Assembly: GCA_041744395.1 (NCBI GenBank)
Contig: JBGTKY010000018.1
Coordinates: forward strand, 22,389 to 86,388
DNA from: Pyrinomonadaceae bacterium
GTDB lineage: Bacteria; Acidobacteriota; Blastocatellia; Pyrinomonadales; Pyrinomonadaceae
Length of the DNA: 64,000 bases
Reading direction: 5' to 3'
Positions 10,813 through 19,619 of this stretch are shown here, in pieces. Position 1 is the first letter of the stretch, and each line of letters opens with the position of its first letter. The notes below the pieces were generated by a model. That model was not told where the DNA came from, did no database searches, and was given only the letters and a program-made list of their open reading frames with translations. The position numbers and the translations under genes are program-made.

Positions 10813-11960
10813 TGAAAATCCAAGACCAAGACATTACTGATATCTCAGTTCCTGCCAAGTCTAAGGGTGAGGAGGGGTTTACTATCGTCGAGCTTATTGT
10901 GGCGATGATTATCTTTTTGATGGTAACCGGTTCGATCTACGCTCTTCTCGAGGTCGGAAGGATCGATCGGAATAGATCAAGCCGTCGCGCTGACGTTTTA
11001 AAGAATGCTCGAGTCGCGGTCCACTTGATCGGCCGTGATGCTCTGAATGCGGGTCTCGGCTTTCACCGAGCGGGTGCCGTTACACCGGACAATTTTGTCT
11101 CCACTTTGCTTGGCGTCCCGCCGGACCTAGACACCGAACGGGATCTCTTGACTTCGGTTGTTGCGGGAAATGATCTCTATGTTAATGATATCAATATGGA
11201 TCCGTTAGTGCGCACTGATTCGGTAGCGTTTGCATATCGGGACATGGATTTCAATCCCGATCTGACAAAGCCTCTCGATCTTCAAGTGGGCAGACTTCTT
11301 ATGCTCCGTTCGGTCTCAAGTCCGAGTGGAAGCCCATCCGTTGCGCGGGTAGAAACTCAAGCAGCTGATGGAGCCACAGTCGCACGCACACATCATCTTT
11401 ATTTAGTCGAATCCGATACTACCCAGGTCGCTATTATGGCCACGAGTATTCCAAGTGCAAATAGGATCCAAGCTGCTCCTGGCGACCCTCTTGGGCTCAA
11501 CCAGCCGCTGAATGGAACGGGATCGAACGGCAGTGTCTTGCGGCAGTGCATTGATCAAAACGACGAGAATTGCACCACCTACGTTGCCACAATGAAGCGT
11601 TTTCACCTTGTTCAATACAAAGTGAAACCTGATGGGACCCTTGTCCGGATCATTTATGGCAACAACGTTGGAGGGTTCGCGGGCGATCAGATTCAAGAGC
11701 AGCCGTTGGCCTACAATGTTGAGGATTTTCAGATCGAATACGTTCTCTCGGACGGTACGGTTACGTCGACGCCAAATGCTGGTCCTGACGGCATAGTCGG
11801 CACTGCCGATGATTTTACCGAAGGATTCAATCAGATCAGGCAGATTACCGTTCGTATTCGCGTTCAAGCGAATGAGAATGACGAACAGACCGGACGCCGG
11901 GAAGGCTTGACCCTGACGGCTACATTCGCCACGCGAAACATGGAATATGACGCAGGATAA
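10812..11960 (+). CDS. PilW-like minor pilin
   Basis: EEG|FTIVELIVAMIIFLMVTGSIYALL prepilin motif. Start overlaps the previous stop (TAATG). Confidence 0.65.
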   Translation: MKIQDQDITDISVPAKSKGEEGFTIVELIVAMIIFLMVTGSIYALLEVGRIDRNRSSRRADVLKNARVAVHLIGRDALNAGLGFHRAGAVTPDNFVSTLLGVPPDLDTERDLLTSVVAGNDLYVNDINMDPLVRTDSVAFAYRDMDFNPDLTKPLDLQVGRLLMLRSVSSPSGSPSVARVETQAADGATVARTHHLYLVESDTTQVAIMATSIPSANRIQAAPGDPLGLNQPLNGTGSNGSVLRQCIDQNDENCTTYVATMKRFHLVQYKVKPDGTLVRIIYGNNVGGFAGDQIQEQPLAYNVEDFQIEYVLSDGTVTSTPNAGPDGIVGTADDFTEGFNQIRQITVRIRVQANENDEQTGRREGLTLTATFATRNMEYDAG

Positions 11961-14862
11961 TTGCGGGAGCGACTACACAATGACTAAGAAAGCACAAAAT
12001 CAGACCCACGTCGAACTTCTGACTGACCCGGCCCAAAAGGGAACGGCTATAGTAATTGCATTGCTGATAATGGTTCTTCTAATGGGCTTTGTCGCATTAG
12101 CGATCTCGCGGACGAATAGTGAGACTATCTCCGCAGCGAATGATGCCTCCGAATCTAAAGCATTTGACGCCAGCCACGCAAGTCTCGAGGTAATGACCCG
12201 TAATTTCAACAAGATCTTCGATACGAAGCTCAATCCTGATGCGGCCGACCTAACCCATGTAGAGAGTCTTGTACCGCCCGGTTTCGATAATTATACCTTC
12301 ACTCAACGCGTGCAGAAGACTGACGATACCGAATCGGTAGTGATGACAGAAGGCCAGTTTCAGGGCTTGACCGCTCTGAGAGACGGCTGGAGATTGGACG
12401 CTACAGCAGAGGAGACGATCAATGGTGTGGAGGTCTCGCTCAGTCGAAGATTCTACAATAATCGTATCCCTATCTTTCAGTTTGGCATTTTCTACGATGA
12501 CGATCTAGAGTTTCACCCGGGACCCAGATTCGACTTCGGCGGACGCGTTCATTCCAACGGCAGCCTCTTCCTAGCAGCAAATACTCGCCTGAACTTCTCG
12601 TCCAAAGTTACTGCGAGAGACCACATATTCACAGACGTTCAAAAGAACAACACCCCGTGGTCGAACTGGGGCGACCAGGTATACATCAAGGACGCATCCG
12701 GCGTTTTTCGACGGCTTGCTAATAATCAAGGAAGTGTTCTACAAAATCCTGCTAATGGTCCAGTGGTATCGACTAATCCTAATCCAACTGCCTACGCCAA
12801 TGCGGATTGGCCTACCCAACAAGCCCGCTTTCAAGGTAACCTTCTGTCGAACCAGAAGGAGTTGAAGCTTCCGCTTAAATTGAATAGTGACATCAACAAC
12901 CTGCAACTCGACCTTATTGAGCTAGTCAAGCGAAGCAAACGAGTTGGCGATCTCTGGAACGACGGTACGGGTTCGCCTACGTCACCAAACATCGTTGCTG
13001 TTACGGCCGCTAATGCGGATGACTTGGTGACATCAAGCGAGCGTTACGCCAACAAAACCGGCATCCGCGTTCACCTCGCGGACAGCAAAGCAAAACTTCC
13101 GGGCTGTGCAGCAGCTATGGGGCCTTGCGGCGTTAGGCTTGATGGTGATGCGGCGGGCCAAGGTACGGGCAACCCGGCGGGCGCACGTGGATATCAGCCG
13201 AGGCCAATGACGGGTTCGGGAACGTATCAGGCAACCCGTCTAAATGGAGATCGGTTTAGAATAGACGGACGACAGGTCTGGATAAAGATCGAGACCGTCC
13301 AATATAACGCAACGACTCAGGTCCACGAGTATGTCGATATCACCGAAGATATTTTAAGCCTGGGTGTAACGGAGCAGGCTCCTTCGGGCCTTATACTCGA
13401 CGCAAACTACACGACTGGTTCCGGCGGGACCGATGGACGCTCGATTCTAAAGCTTCAGCGATTTGCTATTCGGGGCGCAAACATTCCGCAACCGACGCTA
13501 AATCGTTACATAACGGTAAATACGTCAAACAATACAAACTATGTGGTTCCAGGAACCGTTCCGACTGGTCAAGATTGTTCATCAGTGACGCCCGATCCAC
13601 GCAATATCGAACCCTACAATGCAAATGGGATTAACTTCGATGGATCAGTACTGGCGCAACAAGCACATATGAAAACCGCCAGTCCCGCTCCTCTTGGTAT
13701 TTCAGGAGTGAACGGCTGCGTAGTTCCTTTTCCCATCAAAATGTTTGACACGCGCGAAGGACTTTGGAACGACACGACTGCGGTTTTCAATCCTACGGCC
13801 GCCGGTAACTACAGCAACAATCGCGTTCCGTGGGCAGGTGTGATGAGCCTAGTTGATATTGACATCGAGAACCTCCGACGCTTCATGGACGGGAACTTTG
13901 ATGGCGGTGGCGGACCTGCGCTAGCTACTGGGACACCCTTTGCAAGTGCGAACGGCCGTCCGCTACGTTCTACTGACATCCCGAATGCTAACGGTATTGT
14001 TTTGTATGTGTCGGATCGGAGGGGTGATTTCGATTTCGATGGTCAGTACGATATGGAGGACGTCTATGGACCGAACGACGGCATACTACAGCCAGGCGAA
14101 GATTCCAACAAAAACGGAACGCTACAGACTGACTACGATAATGAGGCCCCACGATACACGGGTGCTAACTCGAACGAAGCAGCTGATATAGCTGCCGTTC
14201 TCGACCATAAGTTCTATCGTCGCGGTATACGATTGATCAATGGTACACTTCTCCCGGGCCGTTACGACAGCGCAAATCCGGCAGAAACGAGGGGGTTCAC
14301 CGTTGCTTCCGAAAACGGCGTTTATGTACTTGGTAATTACAATGCAACCGGGGTCACATCATTCGGTACGCCGACTCCGTCTACAGACTACGTGCCGCAT
14401 AATACGGTCGACCATGTCCCGGCGTCAATCGCTGCCGACGCAATAACGATCCTTTCGAACAATTGGCAAGATGCCCGTAGCTTTACTCACGCTTTCAACC
14501 TAGGCAGTCGTCCGGCAACCATGACAACTATCCGATTCGCGATGCTGACAGGCGATACCCTATCGAGCTTGAATGCAACGCCGAATCAAGGCGGGGGTGA
14601 CCCAAGGATGAGCGGCGGAGTTCATAACTTCAAGCGATTTCTTGAGGCTTGGGCGGGTGTGCGGGTCAATTACAGCGGATCGATCATTAACTTGTTCAAT
14701 TCGCAAAATAACAGTGCACCCTTTAAATGTTGTACTCGTGTTTACGGTGCCCCGGACCGTAACTGGGTTTTCGATACTACGTTCTTGAACATCAATCGAA
14801 TTCCACCGGGAACGCCGTTTTTCCAGTCTATCCAGATAACTGGGTTTGAACGCAAAAACTGA
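11947..14862 (+). CDS. large PilX-N-terminal-domain pilus-associated protein (971 aa)
   Basis: PilX-like hydrophobic N-terminus QKGTAIVIALLIMVLLMGFVALAISRTNSE. Long Asn/Thr/Gly-rich extracellular part. DxDxDG-type acidic cluster GDFDFDGQYDMEDVYGPNDG at about 14024-14090. Overlaps the PilW-like gene by 14 nt. Alternative start at 11980. Confidence 0.6.
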   Translation: MTQDNCGSDYTMTKKAQNQTHVELLTDPAQKGTAIVIALLIMVLLMGFVALAISRTNSETISAANDASESKAFDASHASLEVMTRNFNKIFDTKLNPDAADLTHVESLVPPGFDNYTFTQRVQKTDDTESVVMTEGQFQGLTALRDGWRLDATAEETINGVEVSLSRRFYNNRIPIFQFGIFYDDDLEFHPGPRFDFGGRVHSNGSLFLAANTRLNFSSKVTARDHIFTDVQKNNTPWSNWGDQVYIKDASGVFRRLANNQGSVLQNPANGPVVSTNPNPTAYANADWPTQQARFQGNLLSNQKELKLPLKLNSDINNLQLDLIELVKRSKRVGDLWNDGTGSPTSPNIVAVTAANADDLVTSSERYANKTGIRVHLADSKAKLPGCAAAMGPCGVRLDGDAAGQGTGNPAGARGYQPRPMTGSGTYQATRLNGDRFRIDGRQVWIKIETVQYNATTQVHEYVDITEDILSLGVTEQAPSGLILDANYTTGSGGTDGRSILKLQRFAIRGANIPQPTLNRYITVNTSNNTNYVVPGTVPTGQDCSSVTPDPRNIEPYNANGINFDGSVLAQQAHMKTASPAPLGISGVNGCVVPFPIKMFDTREGLWNDTTAVFNPTAAGNYSNNRVPWAGVMSLVDIDIENLRRFMDGNFDGGGGPALATGTPFASANGRPLRSTDIPNANGIVLYVSDRRGDFDFDGQYDMEDVYGPNDGILQPGEDSNKNGTLQTDYDNEAPRYTGANSNEAADIAAVLDHKFYRRGIRLINGTLLPGRYDSANPAETRGFTVASENGVYVLGNYNATGVTSFGTPTPSTDYVPHNTVDHVPASIAADAITILSNNWQDARSFTHAFNLGSRPATMTTIRFAMLTGDTLSSLNATPNQGGGDPRMSGGVHNFKRFLEAWAGVRVNYSGSIINLFNSQNNSAPFKCCTRVYGAPDRNWVFDTTFLNINRIPPGTPFFQSIQITGFERKN

Positions 14863-14884
14863 TCGTTCTGTTCACCCCGCTGTG

Positions 14885-14923
14885 CCCGCCCGGCCTATTT
14901 TTGGTCCGTGCGGGCCTTTTTAC
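14885..14923 (+). terminator. possible intrinsic terminator after the pilin operon
   Basis: GCCCGC (14885-14890) pairs with GCGGGC (14911-14916), followed by CTTTTTA. The loop is long (20 nt), so this is only moderate. Confidence 0.35.
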
Positions 14924-15000
14924 GTCTGCCGTGTGTTTTCCGAACTTTGAACTTATAATATCGTACAAGGGACTACGAGACTTGCCTCTTCCCCGGTACA

Positions 15001-16536
15001 ATGCGTGAGCTTTCACTAAATAACAGCCGGCTCGATAAGCGATATGATGTAATGCGCGAGCTCGGGCGGGGAAGTTACGCTGAGATCTTTTTGGCCCGCG
15101 ACACCCTCGCTTCTCCCCAATCGCCGCACAGTCGCGTTGTTATAAAGGCTCTGAACGTATTTCTCCAGGACGATTTGGACCCCGATCTGGAACGTACGTT
15201 GGTCGAAAATTTTCAAAATGAGGCTATCGCCCTCGACCGCGTCCGCCACCCGAACATTATCAGCCGGCTTGGCCATGGCACGGCTCGCGACTTGGCGGGT
15301 ACTGTGTTTCATTATCTCGTTCTCGAGTATCTCGAGGGCGGCGATCTTCAGCGGGCGTGCCGTGAAAAAGCCTTCTCGGTAAAAGACGCCTTAGGCTATA
15401 TCGAACAAGTTTGCGCCGGGCTCCGACACGCACATCGCCACGGCATTATCCATCGCGACATCAAACCGCAAAATCTGCTGCTTACCGCCGACCGCTCGAC
15501 GGTCAAGATCGCTGATTTCGGCGTCGCTCGAGTTTTTCAGTCAGATGCCCCGATCACCCGCGTGGGCACTAACATTTACGCACCGCCCGAACATAGTCCA
15601 CTCCATGCAGGTCCGGATGGAGAGGCGAACGCCACAAAGCTAACGCCCGCGGCCGATGTTTATTCACTTGCAAAATCTGCATACACCTTGCTTACCGGCG
15701 AAGCTCCGCGGTTTTATGCGAACAACCCAATAACAGACCTGCCGCTCACTTGTCGCAGCGAGGATTGGGCGGAGCAGTTGGTTCGCGTGCTTAGCCGAGC
15801 GACGCTGGCTGATCCCGAACTCCGATATCAATCGGTCGATGAGTTCTGGCTCGATCTCGAATCGGTGAGGCGGATCATAGCCGACGCGGAGACCGCTACC
15901 CACGTTCGGCCGAAGCTTCAGCCCGTTCCGCAGCCGCACGTCGCTCCCGGATACACTCCGCTTGCTCCGCGTCAGCCCCGTTTTCAGACTTCGCGTGATC
16001 TGAAACTTCGCCTGCCGCTAATGCCCGGCAGCGGCCCTTCGCCGGCTCACCAGCAGATCGTTCCAACGCAGCCGGTTTACAAACCGATGGAACGCGTTGA
16101 GGATCATTGGCCGAATGCTGAGCCATTCAAACGTGAGCAAATCGAGGTCCAGATCGAACCAACCGCAAAGCAGCGTGGGCGCGGTTCTAAATTCATGCGA
16201 CGTCTTGCTTGGGCGGCGGTGTTTCTCGTGCTTTTCGCTGGAGCGTTGTTTGGGACTTCCGCCTATCTGCGGAGTCTCGGATATACGCCGGTTATAACTA
16301 ATCCGTTCGTGCCTGAAGAGCTTGCGACCGCCAACACCGACGTTAATCTTCGCTCCGGGCCGAACGCTAATACTGACCTGGTCGGATTGGTCACGCGAAA
16401 TTCGCGCGTCCGAATATTGAAAACGCAGGGGTCTTGGCATCAGGTCGAAGTGGTCCAACAAGGGCGCGAACGCACTGACGCAACGCCGACGAACAGAGGC
16501 TGGCTGAACGGCAGATTCATCGATGTCGAACAATGA
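15001..16536 (+). CDS. Hanks-type Ser/Thr protein kinase with TM helix and C-terminal SH3b-like domain
   Basis: HRDIKPQNLL catalytic loop, ADFGVAR (DFG), YAPPE (APE). TM helix LAWAAVFLVLFAGALFG. C-terminus VNLRSGPNANTDLVGLVTRNSRVRILK..WHQVE. Confidence 0.9.
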   Translation: MRELSLNNSRLDKRYDVMRELGRGSYAEIFLARDTLASPQSPHSRVVIKALNVFLQDDLDPDLERTLVENFQNEAIALDRVRHPNIISRLGHGTARDLAGTVFHYLVLEYLEGGDLQRACREKAFSVKDALGYIEQVCAGLRHAHRHGIIHRDIKPQNLLLTADRSTVKIADFGVARVFQSDAPITRVGTNIYAPPEHSPLHAGPDGEANATKLTPAADVYSLAKSAYTLLTGEAPRFYANNPITDLPLTCRSEDWAEQLVRVLSRATLADPELRYQSVDEFWLDLESVRRIIADAETATHVRPKLQPVPQPHVAPGYTPLAPRQPRFQTSRDLKLRLPLMPGSGPSPAHQQIVPTQPVYKPMERVEDHWPNAEPFKREQIEVQIEPTAKQRGRGSKFMRRLAWAAVFLVLFAGALFGTSAYLRSLGYTPVITNPFVPEELATANTDVNLRSGPNANTDLVGLVTRNSRVRILKTQGSWHQVEVVQQGRERTDATPTNRGWLNGRFIDVEQ

Positions 16537-16599
16537 CGCAGACGCGTTGGCGTGTTAGTTTATTGTGAACGGTTTCAGTCGTAGGGAAGGAGAAGTTAA

Positions 16600-17589
16600 T
16601 TGAGCGTACTCGACAAAGTAAGACGATGGATCGACGGCGAGACCGCCGAGCTGGTTCTTGAGGAAGCCGCAAGGGATGCGCAGGTAAAGCCCCGCAGCCG
16701 TTCGGAAGAATTCATTGTAAAGATCGCCCGCGCCATCGAAGGCGTTATGCAGGACGAAATGCTTCCGCTTCCGCAAGGAACCGCCATCATTCCGACCGAA
16801 TATACCATTTTCCTGAGCGAGGCCGACGACAAAGAATGGCAGGGAGCCAAGCGGCGCGGTCTCGAGCAAGGCCTCTATCACATCCTCGCCGAGCGGGCCC
16901 GCGAGATCGCCGGTCGAAAGAAACTGGAAACAAAATCGTTCGTCATTGAGCTTCGTATTGACGGTACCTTGGAACAGGGCGGCATCCGAATTAGGCATAG
17001 CTGGGAAGATTCGTCGTCAAACAAGACAGGTGTCTTGGCACGTCCGGCGGCGGCCAAAGCCCCGGCACCAAAGCCGCAGAATACTCTTGTGTCGCAGAAT
17101 TCTGCCCGGCCTTATACTCCGCCGTCGCACCAGCAGCCGCCTAACTTCACACGGCCAACGCATTCGACACCGGCCGAACCGGCCATGCCGCAGGCGTCGA
17201 TAAGACCACCGGTAATTTCGCAGGATGCGGAGGTGATGACCAATGTTCGCCCGCGCGTCGAGGAACTCTACAAACTCGAGATCTGGCTAAAGGGCGTCCG
17301 CCAAAATGTCGTTCCGATCTACAACAAAGAGATCACCGTCGGTCGCGGATCAAAGTCGAAGCCAGTGGATATTGCACTCTCGGGCGATGCCGAGATCAGT
17401 CGTCGACATATTTTGATCATCACTGATGGAGCAGGAAATTTCTGGGTGGTGAACGAGGGGCGGAATCCGGCGATGATCGCAACCTACGAATTGCCGGTCG
17501 ATCAACGCGTCCCGCTAGCTCCCGGTGCCAGTCTTGCGGTATGCAGTTACATTTTGCGGGTCCAGCCTAAGGCGCCGGCAACCAATTAA
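16600..17589 (+). CDS. second FhaA-like protein (DUF3662-like + FHA)
   Basis: TTG start per the ORF track. N-domain AIIPTEYTIFLSEADDKEW. Pro-rich linker. FHA core ITVGRGSKSKPVDIALSGDAEISRRHILI..NEGRNP. Confidence 0.8.
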   Translation: MSVLDKVRRWIDGETAELVLEEAARDAQVKPRSRSEEFIVKIARAIEGVMQDEMLPLPQGTAIIPTEYTIFLSEADDKEWQGAKRRGLEQGLYHILAERAREIAGRKKLETKSFVIELRIDGTLEQGGIRIRHSWEDSSSNKTGVLARPAAAKAPAPKPQNTLVSQNSARPYTPPSHQQPPNFTRPTHSTPAEPAMPQASIRPPVISQDAEVMTNVRPRVEELYKLEIWLKGVRQNVVPIYNKEITVGRGSKSKPVDIALSGDAEISRRHILIITDGAGNFWVVNEGRNPAMIATYELPVDQRVPLAPGASLAVCSYILRVQPKAPATN

Positions 17590-18067
17590 CAGAAACATCG
17601 AAAGGAAACTCGCAGTTCGCGATTATCTCTAGAAGCTCCTGTTTTGCGTTTTCGACTTCAAGCAAAACATCAGCCGAATACGCGTATCTCGCTGCGTTTA
17701 TTCGGAATTCATCCTCGTCAAGAATTATCGGAACGCCGGTTGGCCACATCAAAATATCAACATCAAGGTCAACATACGATAGAGCGCCTTCTTCAAGAAT
17801 TGGCGGCATTCCGACATTGCAATACCAATTCCTTAACTGTCCATCAGGTTCGTGAAAGCGAAAAACGTTGTACCACCTATCGGGCCAGAAATACTCATAA
17901 GACAGCGTGCCCTTTTCGATCCTGCCAAGGTCCGGATGGTCAACTGTTTCGTCAAATTTCCCGAGAAAGGTATAAAGGGAAGTCGTTTGCTCGATAAGGT
18001 CAGCTTTCCAGGTGCGGCGAACCGAACCATCGTACTTCAACGACCTTATCGGTACCCTCGCGCTCAA
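17567..18067 (-). CDS. DUF402-domain protein
   Basis: 166 aa. SLKYDGSVRRTWKA...YFWPDRWYNVFRF..NWYCNVGMP...YVDLDVDI is the typical DUF402 pattern. Its 3' end overlaps the convergent FHA gene by 23 nt. Confidence 0.75.
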   Translation of the reverse strand: MSARVPIRSLKYDGSVRRTWKADLIEQTTSLYTFLGKFDETVDHPDLGRIEKGTLSYEYFWPDRWYNVFRFHEPDGQLRNWYCNVGMPPILEEGALSYVDLDVDILMWPTGVPIILDEDEFRINAARYAYSADVLLEVENAKQELLEIIANCEFPFDVSVNWLPAP

Positions 18068-18522
18068 TTGTCCTCAGGTGCCGGCGAACGGACGACCATG
18101 ACCGAGCATGGAGCGTGGTGAACGACGGATTGCGAAACCGACCCGAGCAGCAATCGCTCCCAGCGGCTGTAGCCGTGCGATCCAACAATTATGAGGTCGG
18201 AACCGATCTCTTCTGCCGTTTCGACGATCCTGCTTTCCGGCGAACCAAAAAGAACCTCGCTGGTCACCGTGAGGTTTTTGCAAATGCCGCGAAGCTTTTC
18301 GCATGTTTCCTCAAGTATCTTCGCAGCGTGTTCCCGAGCGGTCTTTTCCATTTCGGTCGTGTCCGGAAGGTAACCGCCATAAATATCGATCGCCATCGGA
18401 AGCGCCATATCGACGACCGAAATTATCTTGATCTCGTCGCCCGGGTCGAACGTAAATTTGTTAAGGAAATCGACGGCTGCGTCGCTCTGTTGAGAACCGT
18501 CGGTCGCAAGCAAAACTTTCAT
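18064..18522 (-). CDS. universal stress protein (UspA family)
   Basis: MKVLLATDGSQQSDAAV... and the C-terminal ATP-binding-type motif IIVGSHGYSRWERLLLGSVSQSVVHHAPCSVMVV. Confidence 0.85.
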   Translation of the reverse strand: MKVLLATDGSQQSDAAVDFLNKFTFDPGDEIKIISVVDMALPMAIDIYGGYLPDTTEMEKTAREHAAKILEETCEKLRGICKNLTVTSEVLFGSPESRIVETAEEIGSDLIIVGSHGYSRWERLLLGSVSQSVVHHAPCSVMVVRSPAPEDN

Positions 18523-18602
18523 CTTTTTGTCCTCCGCATCTTGATCGAAATGAATGGTGCCTAATTCTATGCCGAATCTTGTCCTTGCGACAACTTGACG
18601 CC

Positions 18603-19037
18603 CTAGTCCGGGTCGGTACCGTGATAAAAATGTTTCAACTTTGTGAGAAGGTCAAAGAGGACTAGCCGCTCGGTTTCGGTCAGTTCGACCAGGATCTCTT
18701 CTTCTATCTCGAGCCACTGGGATTCGACCTCGCGTCGCAGGCTTCGGCCCCGATCAGTCAAAAATATGCGTGTCGACCGAGCGTCGTCAGCGACTCGCTC
18801 ACGCCGGACAAGGTTCATATCCTGCAGTCCGTTGATGATCTTGTTAACGGTCGGCGCGGCAAGCCCGAGATCTTTCGCCAGGTCAACCTGCCGCCGGTCG
18901 TCCTGTTTCCAAAGTTCGAAAAGGATAGACAGCTGGCCGCCGTGGATCCCGATATCGCCCAGCCGGCGTTCGAGGTGATTTTTGTGTGCCGTCGCGACGC
19001 GTGAAAGCTGGTAGGCGACCGTCTCGTTAAATTTCAT
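18603..19037 (-). CDS. MarR-family transcriptional regulator
   Basis: Winged-helix region LAKDLGLAAPTVNKIINGLQDMNLVRRERVADDARSTRIFLTDRG. I prefer the ATG at 19037 (MKFNETVAYQL) over the TTG at 19070 in the track. Confidence 0.85.
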   Translation of the reverse strand: MKFNETVAYQLSRVATAHKNHLERRLGDIGIHGGQLSILFELWKQDDRRQVDLAKDLGLAAPTVNKIINGLQDMNLVRRERVADDARSTRIFLTDRGRSLRREVESQWLEIEEEILVELTETERLVLFDLLTKLKHFYHGTDPD

Positions 19038-19070
19038 TTTGCCAACAAACTTAATGGTTAAAGCAAACAA

Positions 19071-19141
19071 TTAGCAAGCAATTATATGTTGGTTAGCACG
19101 CTAAGTAAATATAGTTAGCGGGCTAATCAACTAAGATTAGC
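19071..19141. promoter_or_regulatory. phased operator-like sites in the marR / 19181 divergent region
   Basis: TTAGC half-sites begin at 19071, 19093, 19115 and 19137, exactly 22 bp apart. The two central ones are perfect palindromes: TTAGCACGCTAA (19093-19104) and TTAGCGGGCTAA (19115-19126). Confidence 0.45.
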
Positions 19142-19180
19142 ATGATACTTGAAATTAATAAACTGGTGTAGAATTTAATA

Positions 19181-19561
19181 ATGCAGCGATCAGAACAGCT
19201 TAAGCATGCAAGAAATGTCTTGCTCAAACTTCACAAAACTTTGCTTGACCATGAACGTGCGATCTACGAGGGGATCAATGGCCCGAAAGGCCCCGGCGAG
19301 TTCTTGGGCATATTGCTCGAGGATCCGGATTTCGCCTGGCTGCGAAAGTTTTCGACACTGATCGTTGATATCGATGAGATGTTTGCCCAAAAAAACGGCT
19401 ATTCCGAGGAGATGGTCGAGGTGCACCTGGTGAAATTGCGGGAACTGATCGAAATGAAAGATGAGGACGAAACGTTTCGTGCGAAGTACCAGGCCGCTCT
19501 ACAGCAGGACCTGGATGCTGCAACACACCAAGGCGAACTCCACGCCCTGTTTAACCATTAA
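19181..19561 (+). CDS. hypothetical protein (126 aa), divergent from marR
   Basis: Clean ORF with ATG start and helical, charged composition. I recognise no family. Confidence 0.55.
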   Translation: MQRSEQLKHARNVLLKLHKTLLDHERAIYEGINGPKGPGEFLGILLEDPDFAWLRKFSTLIVDIDEMFAQKNGYSEEMVEVHLVKLRELIEMKDEDETFRAKYQAALQQDLDAATHQGELHALFNH

Positions 19562-19564
19562 TAA

Positions 19565-19595
19565 AAGGCCCGACGCTTAAGATGCCCCGGGCCTT
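19565..19595. terminator. bidirectional hairpin terminator between convergent genes
   Basis: AAGGCCCG (19565-19572) pairs with CGGGCCTT (19588-19595). The minus-strand reading is followed by TTTATTAA. The plus-strand U-tract is weak. Confidence 0.45.
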
Positions 19596-19619
19596 CAATC
19601 TGCTTAAACTGTTTACTGC

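Noticed and set aside
16018-16533. 171-aa minus-strand ORF
   Set aside because: It is antisense to the C-terminal half of the Ser/Thr kinase gene, and its translation is Arg/Ser/Pro-rich.
17567-17589. 23-nt 3'-end overlap of the convergent FHA and DUF402 genes as a regulatory feature
   Set aside because: Short convergent overlaps are common in compact genomes, and no additional structure was seen.
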